This document shows positions 22,295 through 31,222 of a stretch of DNA of 64,000 nucleotides, piece after piece. This DNA comes from Phycisphaerae bacterium (GTDB lineage: Bacteria; Planctomycetota; Phycisphaerae; UBA1845). A model generated the notes under the pieces. The model was not told where the DNA came from and searched no databases. It saw only the letters and a list, made by a program, of their open reading frames with translations. The stretch covers positions 736,001 through 800,000 of the forward strand of contig CAXXGO010000006.1 of NCBI GenBank assembly GCA_963666835.2. The letters run 5' to 3'. A program made the position numbers and the translations under genes. Position 1 is the stretch's first letter. Each line of letters begins with the position of its first letter.

Positions 22295-22655
22295 GCTTTG
22301 TGACCCAGGGTGGCGCTCCGTGGCTACGCCGCTTTCGTTTACCTTCGGCTTCGTTGTCGAACGGCGTACGTTCAAAAAGGCACGAGACCTGCCGTGAAGG
22401 CGCGCGATGCGTGAAGACCTTGTAGGGCATGGTCGAGGTACGAGACCTGCCGAGATGTCGCGTGTCGCGCGAATCTCTAACCGCGTCACGTGGCCACGCG
22501 GTGAACCGTCCCGAAGGGCCGGCGGAGGATTAACCGCATGACGAAAAGACCAACGGCAGGTCTCGTTCCTCGACCGTGCCCTACACCCGCCGAAGCCGCC
22601 GTACCCATTGAGCCGGCATGCGGGCGCGCTCTGCAGGCAGGATGCCTCCGTTACG
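22295..22655. repeat. REP mosaic with inverted REP pair (22422-22452 / 22554-22584)
   Basis: GTAGGGCATGGTCGAGGTACGAGACCTGCC plus reverse copy; GCAGGCAGGATGCCTCCGTTAC; partial reverse copy of the 3520-type element. Confidence 0.82.
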
Positions 22656-22973
22656 GGCGCTGGGCGCGTTCCGAACACGTTTCGCGCATGCCTGCGTGAC
22701 ACCCTGCGACGATGACGTTATCGAGTCACCTCATTAGCTGAATGGCCCGCGCGCCCGGCGGGCGGACTAGCTCTCTGTCACACGTGGACGTTCGGGTTTG
22801 ATTCACACCGTGTTCCGTTTCTGTATCACTTAAGAGCAATGGCGCACGCGCGATGACGTTATCGAGTCACCTTATTAGGGGAATGCGCGCGCGCCAACCG
22901 GCGGACCAGATCGGGGTGGTTGAGCATCTTCGAGACACTCACGGATACGCGCGGAGATTCCCATTGAATGACC

Positions 22974-23002
22974 TTGACATAAGCACGCTCAGGCTATACA
23001 TT
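22974..23002 (+). promoter_or_regulatory. Candidate sigma70 promoter
   Basis: TTGACA-17 nt-TACATT. Confidence 0.55.
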
Positions 23003-23713
23003 AGCGCCATCGCGTTGACGGGGCATTCTCGGCATACGCGACGGCATCGGCGGAGCTTGGTGCCTCAGCCACATCGGTCACCGAGCGCGGGTCTGGAACC
23101 GTCGTGATCTGCCGGACTGCTATAAGGCAGAGCGAGGACTACCTTTCTTTCGGTCACGACCGCGATAGCGAATAAGAACGTGCGCCTGCGGGTCTTTGCG
23201 TTCCACGCAGGCGAGTCTGCCGTGGATTCTGTGGGACAGGCAGGCTCTCGCCACTGACAACGCCGGCTTGCCGGTTTGTGGGCACGGCCAGGGCGGTGGC
23301 AGCTCGTCTCTTGTATCTGTCGCAGTTGTGCAGTGGGTTCGGACAGTAGGCGGAGATTCCACTTGGTCGGGGTTGTCTGATCGGCCGGGTGTGAGTCGTG
23401 CGTGACGGGTTTGCGCGCTGGGGTCGCTGGAAGAGCGGGGTGGGTTCGAGCAGATTCCGTTGCGCGGGCTCGAAGGGTGGCCACGCCCCTCTTTCGGTCA
23501 GAGAAGCCCGGACGACTCTCGCGAGCCTACACGGCCTGATCCACAGGGCAGATCGAAGTCCAGACAAGCGGAGGGAGTCTGGTGTTTACGCGGCCACGAG
23601 GTATCGCGTTCAAACGCCTGTTACAGGAAGCACCGGAGGCGGTCTTGCCGCGCCGAATCGCCAGTTTGATCGTAGGTAGCATCGTCAAGGGCGCCGCACA
23701 GGTGGGCCGCGCG

Positions 23714-24430
23714 ATGCCGTGCAGTTCCCAAACGGTGGCGCTGGCTGCTGCGCTGGCTTTGAGTGCCCTGTTCACTGTCGTAGCTCTGCGCGTTCCGGGT
23801 CGGCAGGGGCTGGCCTGGATCAGCTTCCTCCCGCTGTTCGCGGTCGTTCGATCATTGCGGCCGCCCGCGGCCGCACTGGCCGGGGGGTTCTGGGGCGTCT
23901 GTCTGTACCTCCTCGTCTCGGCCGGAGCGAATCCTGCAATCGGTCCATCCGCGCACGAACCCTCGCAAGCGAGTCCGTCGGTGTGGCTGTTGGCGTTGTT
24001 GATCGCAATACCCGCGGTTTACGTCGGTCTGGCGGCCCGACCCACTCGGCGCAGTGCCGGGGTATTGTCAGCGTCTTCGGCAAACCGGCTTTTTACACTG
24101 GCCCTAGGTTGGACGTTGATCGAGGTCGTCCTTCATCTGTTCAGAGTATCGGGGCCACAAGAGGGTTTGCTTACCGGCGCGACGGGCGAAGGCGAGTCGC
24201 TTCACTGGTTTGCCCGTTTGCTGGGCTACGTCTGCTCGGCTTTTGCGGTGGCTTGCATTAACGCCTCGTTGGTCGGTTTCTTGAGCGGGCTCCGCCTCAC
24301 TTTCCCCGCCTTGCGGCCATCGGCGAAAGCGCCCAGCCTCGTCGGGCGACTGCCAATGTCCGTATCTATAGCAATCCAGTCTTGGAATCTACGCCAAGTC
24401 TATCCGCGCGGACCGCCGGTGCGGCTCTGA
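23714..24430 (+). CDS. Multi-pass membrane protein resembling the Lnt N-terminal membrane region, no nitrilase domain, C-terminal RGPP motif
   Basis: LAWISFLPLFAVVR..AALAGGFWG; about 5-6 hydrophobic segments; ends YPRGPPVRL. Start uncertain (23582-23714). Confidence 0.7.
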   Translation: MPCSSQTVALAAALALSALFTVVALRVPGRQGLAWISFLPLFAVVRSLRPPAAALAGGFWGVCLYLLVSAGANPAIGPSAHEPSQASPSVWLLALLIAIPAVYVGLAARPTRRSAGVLSASSANRLFTLALGWTLIEVVLHLFRVSGPQEGLLTGATGEGESLHWFARLLGYVCSAFAVACINASLVGFLSGLRLTFPALRPSAKAPSLVGRLPMSVSIAIQSWNLRQVYPRGPPVRL

Positions 24431-24538
24431 ATCACCGTTTGAAGTCACGTAACCCAATTCCACGATGAGAAATCGCAGACCAAACCAATGGCGGGGCGAA
24501 CTCGCCTTACATGATAACGACGAGAGGACAACACTGTT

Positions 24539-25054
24539 ATGAAAGCGCGCAGTCTATTCTGTTATGGAGTGATCACGACGCTATTGGCCGTTCTGGCGTT
24601 TCAATCGCCCGCGATGGCCGACGGATCGACTACTGTGACTACAGCGACGAGAAACGCCGCCGTCGCGGCACCTAATCGCACGCAATACCACCTAGCCGGA
24701 ACCGCGACCGGTTTCGAAGGAGAAGTGTACACGATTCGAATTGAGATTGTTAACGGCGCTGGTATGAAGATTGACGCGATTACAAGAACATATACAAAAC
24801 GAACATCTCCCAGTGATTGGAGTATATGTTGGAACGGCGTAAATGGTGGCGTCGCGTATAGGCTCTTCTACATTGACACGCCTGGAAAGAGCGCAAAACT
24901 CGCTGATGTAGAAGGCAGTCTGGAAGAGACAACAGATGTGTGCGCCCCTTCGGTTCCCTCTGTATCCGAATGGGGCTTGATGATCATGGCGCTCTTCGTG
25001 CTGACCGCGGGGACGATTGTGATTCGGTGGCAACGCCGGTCTGCGGCAGTGTAG
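24539..25054 (+). CDS. Small secreted IPTL-CTERM protein
   Basis: Signal peptide ..QSPAMA; C-terminal VPSVSEWGLMIMALFVLTAGTIVIRWQRR; RBS GAGAGGA. Confidence 0.85.
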   Translation: MKARSLFCYGVITTLLAVLAFQSPAMADGSTTVTTATRNAAVAAPNRTQYHLAGTATGFEGEVYTIRIEIVNGAGMKIDAITRTYTKRTSPSDWSICWNGVNGGVAYRLFYIDTPGKSAKLADVEGSLEETTDVCAPSVPSVSEWGLMIMALFVLTAGTIVIRWQRRSAAV

Positions 25055-25235
25055 CGGGACGGAGGTTTGCCGGTTTCGGACTTAAAGGTCGCGTAGGAAG
25101 CGACAATCCAACGGGGTCCGCCGTGCGGGACGGTCTTGCCGGGGCTTGCCACCCTGCCAAGATGGCCCGCACGGTGAGGCCCTACCGGCTGCACCTGTCG
25201 CCGCGGCGCGGTCCAGACCGGGTCGTTCCCTCAAA

Positions 25236-25362
25236 CGAAGTACGGCCTGTAACCCAATGTAGCGCCAGGGCTTGTCCCTGGCGTGGAAACGCGATGTGTT
25301 TCCACAACGCCACCCACGAGGGATGACGCTACAGTGGTTTACGCACATTCATGCGAACATCA
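25236..25362. repeat. MITE/REP-doublet copy
   Basis: TGTAGCGCCAGGGCTTGTCCCTGGCG..GACGCTACA..TTACGCACATTCATGCGAACATCA, similar to 30700-30826. Confidence 0.75.
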
Positions 25363-27129
25363 GGAATAATCCGGGCCGGTCTTGTCGTCAGGTTTGCCAG
25401 CATCGGCGGGTGGCACGTTAGCAGATTCGACGACTTCGGTGCGGGCTAAGATGTCTCCGAGCCGTTGCTGGGCAGGCGTCACGGCAAGCAACAGGATAAG
25501 CGGTGGAAATTGGAACTCCACGATCCGCACCAGGTTTCTGACCACCAGGGTGGCGAAAGAACACCGCGTCGCGCCCTCGCCGGTGACCTTCAGACCCAAA
25601 AGCCACTTTCCGAGCGTCGCCCCAATGACCACTTCCAGGATTGCGGCGTAGACGCTGACGATGGCGCCGATGACCGCCTTCGACCAGTACACCCACGAGG
25701 TCATGTCCTGGGCACCCTGGGGCAGCCATTCGGCCAAGGTGAACCCCCCGGCCTCCCGGACCCACAGCGTGTACAGAGTCAGCCCCCAGACCGGAAAGAG
25801 GACCGTAATGTCGATGGCCATCGCCAGGCTGCGTCGGCAGAGCCGCGAGATCGCCTGGCCGGGCTGCATTGGGGCGACGTCGAGAATCCGCTCACGCCGC
25901 CAGAAGAACACGACGACCAGCATCCCGGCCAGTATCCCGTACTGGATCAGCAGCCGAACGGTCACGTCGCCCTGGTTCGACATTGGGTGGGAAAGGGCGA
26001 GAACGGGTGCAGACTGCTCGACCGCTATCCCGGTTTCACCCGACCACAGGCCCACCTGAACGACCCCGGCGTCGTCGAGGTGAGCTATAGCGATTGACTG
26101 ATTGTGCGCCGCCACCCCAGCCAGACCGGAAAACCTCGCGGGTGCCCCTGACTCGTCGAGCAGATGCGGCTTGGCTTCCCAAACCCCGTCGATCAGGGCA
26201 ACGCTGTATACGGACTCTCCTTCGTCGTACCGCTGAGTGAGCATTACCGTCGGACGCCCGCTCGTCCAACCGGATCCCGCCAACTTGGCATCGGGGCCTG
26301 CAGACACGGGGCACGCGTCTCCCCAAGGCTTGTCGGGCGCTGCCGAGAAGCGATAGATAAGTGAGGCAGAGGCGTCTTTGCCGGGTCGGTACAACAGGTG
26401 GATTTGCCCTTCGTCGACCAACAACGCCGCCAGGCTTACGCCAAACGTAACGTCGGCCGGGATGTTGCGGTCCTTAACCCAGCGGTTGCCCTCGTAACGC
26501 ACAATGGCAAAGTCGGTCGGCATTCCGGCAGCGCGGGGGATCGCTGAATCACCTCGCTCGTCGGCTTGCCAGGGACCGAGCAGTTCCGAATCGGCGTCCC
26601 CTGCGCCACTCGCCAAGTACGCCTCGACCGCTACGTACAGGACGCCGCGACTTCGATCGCCGGCCAGGGCAAGTGGCAGGGCGGCGGACGGCAGGGATAG
26701 CTCGGGAAACTGCGTCGGCGAAGGCGTCCGGCTCCAGGAGATTCTTCGAGGGACGTAACGCCGGTGAGTGCCGTCACCGAAGAACACGTGCAGGTCCGAC
26801 CCGCAGGCGGCGCCTATCTTCACCTGTCCGCGAACCGCATCGATTAACAACGGGAGAAACGTCTTACCTCTGGGGTCTGCCGCTCGACGATAGGCGAACT
26901 GACGCGGGTGCTCGTCGCTTTCCAGTTCCAGGTTGTGGCGATAGATCCATAGGACCTCGTCGGCACCATAAAGCTCAAGCATCGGCGGGTCGGCCGCGAA
27001 CGACGATGTCGGCGCCGCCACGGACATTGCGACCAACACCATCGCAGTTGTTATCCGTGTCCACACCGGAGGCAACCCCGGCCGGCGGCACGCGAAGTCC
27101 GCAGGCCGATTACGGACGGCGACAGACAT
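25360..27129 (-). CDS. RDD-family membrane protein with large extracytoplasmic N-terminal domain
   Basis: Signal-like N-terminus; C-terminal RRSLAMAID, GATLGKWLLGLKV, RNLVRI, QRLGDILARTEVV. Confidence 0.85.
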   Translation of the reverse strand: MSVAVRNRPADFACRRPGLPPVWTRITTAMVLVAMSVAAPTSSFAADPPMLELYGADEVLWIYRHNLELESDEHPRQFAYRRAADPRGKTFLPLLIDAVRGQVKIGAACGSDLHVFFGDGTHRRYVPRRISWSRTPSPTQFPELSLPSAALPLALAGDRSRGVLYVAVEAYLASGAGDADSELLGPWQADERGDSAIPRAAGMPTDFAIVRYEGNRWVKDRNIPADVTFGVSLAALLVDEGQIHLLYRPGKDASASLIYRFSAAPDKPWGDACPVSAGPDAKLAGSGWTSGRPTVMLTQRYDEGESVYSVALIDGVWEAKPHLLDESGAPARFSGLAGVAAHNQSIAIAHLDDAGVVQVGLWSGETGIAVEQSAPVLALSHPMSNQGDVTVRLLIQYGILAGMLVVVFFWRRERILDVAPMQPGQAISRLCRRSLAMAIDITVLFPVWGLTLYTLWVREAGGFTLAEWLPQGAQDMTSWVYWSKAVIGAIVSVYAAILEVVIGATLGKWLLGLKVTGEGATRCSFATLVVRNLVRIVEFQFPPLILLLAVTPAQQRLGDILARTEVVESANVPPADAGKPDDKTGPDYS

Positions 27130-27145
27130 GGCCGTATCGCCGCCC

Positions 27146-27961
27146 TTACCGCTCATCGCACTCTTGCGGGGTGGCGAACTGCCTGCTGTCGGGCGTGACC
27201 CGCTCGACAAGAGTCCACTTTGCCACGCGGAACCACATTTCCGTCTGCTCCTTCGGCCACGTTGCGGCCATCGCGTGCGGCAGCAGGGGCCCATTCGGTG
27301 TCAGCGGTCGGTAATCGTCCAACCGCGATTCCATTTCAACCGCGCCGTTGAGGTCTCGAAAGACCACTCGGCGGATAAGCTGGGGTGGATACCGATCCAG
27401 CCAATACTCCTTCTCGATCATCGGATGTCCGGACTCGTCGTGTTCAAGAAACAAAACCTGCTGGTATTCGTCCACAATCCGCTGCACGAGAGGTCCGGAC
27501 GCGTTGGCCCCGGTAATCGGGCTCAAACCCAGCGCGTCGGCGATCTGGTCCGGGCGAATCGGGATGCCCGCAGGAAGATCCTCCGGGGCGCCGTGCTGTC
27601 CGCAGTAGAGTGGGTCGTTCTCCTCAGCCCGGTACCAGTAGCCTTTGTCGTTTGAGCCCAGCAGAAACTGGCTGTTCCCCAGCTTCTTCATCTCGAAGCG
27701 AACGTAGCACGGATTCAGATAGAAGAGCACCGCGTCCACGTGATAGTTGCGGGTACGCCCATCGATAACGAAACGACCGTCCACCGATCCGCCGGCCTTG
27801 AGCGTTCCGCCGATGCCGGCCGCGTTCCGGTTAACGATCTGCACGGCCTGGTGCATCGGGATCGGGTCAAAAGGCGGGGGACGTGTGGGCGAGACGCATC
27901 CGCTCCCGATTATCAGGGATGCAATTGCCGCGCTTGCCACCGGGATCTTACGAGTCGCCAT
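27146..27961 (-). CDS. Hypothetical lipoprotein (possible LolA/LolB-like fold)
   Basis: Lipobox-like IIGSGC; beta-rich sequence; overlaps the upstream gene. Confidence 0.7.
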   Translation of the reverse strand: MATRKIPVASAAIASLIIGSGCVSPTRPPPFDPIPMHQAVQIVNRNAAGIGGTLKAGGSVDGRFVIDGRTRNYHVDAVLFYLNPCYVRFEMKKLGNSQFLLGSNDKGYWYRAEENDPLYCGQHGAPEDLPAGIPIRPDQIADALGLSPITGANASGPLVQRIVDEYQQVLFLEHDESGHPMIEKEYWLDRYPPQLIRRVVFRDLNGAVEMESRLDDYRPLTPNGPLLPHAMAATWPKEQTEMWFRVAKWTLVERVTPDSRQFATPQECDER

Positions 27962-28526
27962 CAGGTACCTCGTTATTCTCCGCGGGGGTCGCCGTGGCGT
28001 CGGATTCTCCCTCGGCGGGCAACTCTGCCCATTGCCCCATATCGCCGTGGAGGATTGCGGTAAGCTGCTGGCTGACCCCGTCGATCTGGTCGTCGGTAAG
28101 ACGCGGGTTTACCACGCGATGTTCGGTCTTCTCTCGAACGAGGGTCATCTGCCAGGTTTCAACACCGTCCTCGACGGTCGAGTTATCGTAACGCAGAAGC
28201 CGCTTGCGCATCAGGATGAGCGCCAGGACGAACCGGAACTGTATTCGAAGCGGCTCGGTCTCGTCTTCAAGCCGCAGAAAGAAGTTGACGAGCAACTCGT
28301 CATCGACGAGCAGCCTCTTTCGCTTCTCCTTCACCGGGACCCGGGTCTTGAAGTAGCAGAAGCAGTCCTCGGGCGGGGCCTTCCAGGAATCCAGCGAGTA
28401 ATCGATCCGCCGGAACGAGTCCCCGTCATCGAAGAGGACCGTGTAGTACTCCTCGCCCTCCTCGAGTTTGCGTCCCGTGTTCACGCACACCCCGGTCGTC
28501 GGATCAACCTGCCACTGTTGCGCCAT
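27948..28526 (-). CDS. Hypothetical protein
   Basis: Well-formed ORF in operon (C..TGR.L..GE.YY, FRFVLALILMRKRLL). Confidence 0.75.
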   Translation of the reverse strand: MAQQWQVDPTTGVCVNTGRKLEEGEEYYTVLFDDGDSFRRIDYSLDSWKAPPEDCFCYFKTRVPVKEKRKRLLVDDELLVNFFLRLEDETEPLRIQFRFVLALILMRKRLLRYDNSTVEDGVETWQMTLVREKTEHRVVNPRLTDDQIDGVSQQLTAILHGDMGQWAELPAEGESDATATPAENNEVPDGDS

Positions 28527-28876
28527 CTTGCTTTAGAGTCCTTAATCGTGCTTGCCGCGGACCGACCCACTCTAACCGGCCCAAACGGACCGCCGCCGCC
28601 AGCCATTGGAGAAGGACCGTGCCGCCGCGTCAAGCCGCTTCCAGGAAACGGCATCCGCAACGGCGACGTCCCCAGCAGAAAAGCCGCACCACACAACAAC
28701 CGCCGGGGTTGTGATTTGTCAGATGCCGCGTCGGGAGTTGTAACGACCGCCGATCAGGGCCTTCGCGCAGGGGCCGAATTGCCTTATCCTGGCGGGTCGT
28801 CGGACGATGCTGATTCCCCGGTTGGGTCACAGCTTCGGTACCCCGGCGGCATTCCTCTGGCATGGAGGCCTCGGTC

Positions 28877-29887
28877 ATGGCAAGGCGCCGGCGAAAGAAC
28901 AACAGCGGAATGGTCCTCACCGTTTCGATCCTCTCGGTAGCAATCGTGCTGAGCTGGTGGTGGGTCTACTCCGGCGATAGTCCGGAATCACCGTCGGGCC
29001 CGACGGTTGCGTTGGCACCCAAGCCGGTTCTCACCTCGGATCGACCGGAGATCGTTCCGGATACTCCCGTTCAGCCAGACATAACCGAGAAGGGCACGAA
29101 CCCCCGGCCGGAGAACCCGCAGCCTGCAAGTGACGAGAAAATCAAGCGGGCGGGTGCCCTTATTGACGCGGGGCGGCAGGCCCTTGCCGGAAACGACTTG
29201 ATCGCAGCGCGGGCCCACTTCAGCGAGGCTATGTTGCTCGGCGTGGACGAGCAGGAGGCCACGTTCCTGCGGGCGGAACTCAGCCGCATCGGTACGGAAA
29301 CGCTGCTCTCGCCGCGCATCTTCGATGGGGACCCGCTGGTGCAGCGGTATATCATCCAGCCGGGCGATTCGCTGGCTAAGATCGCCTCGAAAAATCGAGT
29401 GTCGGCCGATCTGCTGGCGTCCATGAACAACATCGCCAACAAGAACCTGATCCGGGCCGGGCGGACTATCAAACTGGTTAAAGGGCCGTTCAGTGCCATA
29501 GTGGACAAGCGCTCGTTTTCGCTGGATGTCTACCTGGGCACCACCCTGGTGCGGCACTATCGCGTCGGCTTGGGGGCCGAGGGCAGCACTCCGACCGGTG
29601 AATGGCGCGTCGGTACGAAACTGGTTAACCCGACGTATTACCCGCCGCGCGGTGGCGACATTATGGGCGCGGACGATCCGCGAAATCCTCTGGGGGATCG
29701 CTGGATCGGCCTGATCGGCACGGCCGGTAACGCGGTGGGACAAGAGCGCTACGGGATCCACGGGACCATCGAGCCGGAGTCCATCGGCCGGGAGGCGTCT
29801 CTGGGCTGTATTCGTATGTACAACGAAGACGTCAAAGATGTCTACGATTATCTCGTCGAGAAGTACTCGACCGTTACGATCAAGTGA
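28877..29887 (+). CDS. LysM-domain L,D-transpeptidase (YkuD family)
   Basis: N-terminal TM; LysM YIIQPGDSLAKIA..LASMNNI; catalytic YGIHGT..SIG..ASLGCIRM. Confidence 0.93.
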   Translation: MARRRRKNNSGMVLTVSILSVAIVLSWWWVYSGDSPESPSGPTVALAPKPVLTSDRPEIVPDTPVQPDITEKGTNPRPENPQPASDEKIKRAGALIDAGRQALAGNDLIAARAHFSEAMLLGVDEQEATFLRAELSRIGTETLLSPRIFDGDPLVQRYIIQPGDSLAKIASKNRVSADLLASMNNIANKNLIRAGRTIKLVKGPFSAIVDKRSFSLDVYLGTTLVRHYRVGLGAEGSTPTGEWRVGTKLVNPTYYPPRGGDIMGADDPRNPLGDRWIGLIGTAGNAVGQERYGIHGTIEPESIGREASLGCIRMYNEDVKDVYDYLVEKYSTVTIK

Positions 29888-29896
29888 TTCGGAAAC

Positions 29897-29933
29897 GAAA
29901 ACCGTCCCAGTTGGATCGACCGGGACGGTTTCC
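29897..29933. terminator. Probable intrinsic terminator hairpin
   Basis: AAACCGTCCC..GGGACGGTTT immediately after the transpeptidase stop. Confidence 0.6.
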
Positions 29934-30675
29934 TCTCGGTGCGGGTGCCAGCGGCACCCTTTGATATTGTCGCCCCCTCCATCGAGCTTACGCCGTCGCC
30001 CGGCGAACCGCCCGGAATGCCAGGGGCTTGTCAGCCTAAGTCGGCGGGTTGGAGTCCGGTCCGTTCTTGCGATTATCGGGGCGGTGTGTCTGGCCGGGCC
30101 CCACCCGCCATTACAGTATAGGACACGCCGGCGGGCGGTTTCCACTTCCCGGCGGTATCGGTGGAAAAATCGCGGCACGCCGGGTCCGGGTTCAATTCAC
30201 ACTGTGTCCAGCCCCTACCCTGCTCAGAACCAGTGGCACACCCGAGAAACAGGTGTAACGCAGCGCTAGCAAGATTCCCGGGAAAGCGATACGTCCGAGA
30301 TTGTGCCGGGATTCGACACTGCCAACAAGATGGGAAAGACAGATAAGTATACGGGCGGGAGACCGGGTCGGTAGTCTTTAACAAGTTCGTGACGCTGCAG
30401 ACTTCCTTGCCAGCGAGTCCCGCCCGCTAATATTACCATAGGATCCTCCCGCATAGATGTCCACTCAGTGACACTCGTTCTTTGATCCAGGGCGTCCGTT
30501 TTGCAGCTCTATACTAAAGGAAAACGCCCATTCCCTCTCACCGACCAAAACGAAGAAGTAGGTTCTCGATACGGTCTCCGCGGAAGGAACAAGTGCCACG
30601 GTGGTTTTCCAGCCCATGCGCAGAATCGTCCCTTCCACCCTTCCGTGTAATGCCACCCGCGCGGCAGTTGCGACG

Positions 30676-30826
30676 CTATCCCGGATCATTCATTCAAGCG
30701 AAGCATAGCCCGTAGATTCATATAGCGCGAGGGTTGCCCCCGGCGCGGGACCGTGTTGTGTCATTACACCGGCACCTACAAGGGGGATGGCGTTACAGTA
30801 AGTTACGCACATTCACGCGAACGTCA
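30676..30826. repeat. Longest copy of the MITE/REP-doublet family
   Basis: Left part matches 13936, right part matches 25300-25362. Confidence 0.72.
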
Positions 30827-31222
30827 TGAATGACTCGGGCGATGATGTCGCCCGTCAATTGCCGCGTCGACACCCGACGCCGTCCATGGACTCGAACCAA
30901 TAAAACGCTCGCCGGAGAAGGACTACCACCGCCGGAGAATGGTGGGTTCGCAGAACGGCAGGCGGAAAGTACCTTCCACGATGGCGGGAAGGATCGCCGT
31001 TGTGGAGCCATCGCGTCTGTTGACCTTCCGCCCGCCAGTCAACTATAGGCATGCCTGCGGGTCGCGATCCACAGTTCTGACCTCTGATGGGGTCTTCTCC
31101 CCATCGCTATGCGTGCGAGGTAAAACGATGTTCCGAGATCGCCCAGTTTCGTTTCTCAGAAGATCATCAAAGGTCCTCCCCGCTCTTGCCAGGTGGGTTC
31201 ACGCAGCAGGCAGGCATCCTGC

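Noticed and set aside
23714..24430. Calling this gene lnt
   Set aside because: No nitrilase domain or catalytic triad; only the membrane region is similar.
17181..25054. Diversity-generating retroelement acting on surface proteins
   Set aside because: No reverse transcriptase and no TR/VR pair with adenine-specific mismatches was seen.
27747..30178. 397-aa (+) and 396-aa (-) ORFs
   Set aside because: Each lies antisense to better-supported genes (27948-28526 and the L,D-transpeptidase).
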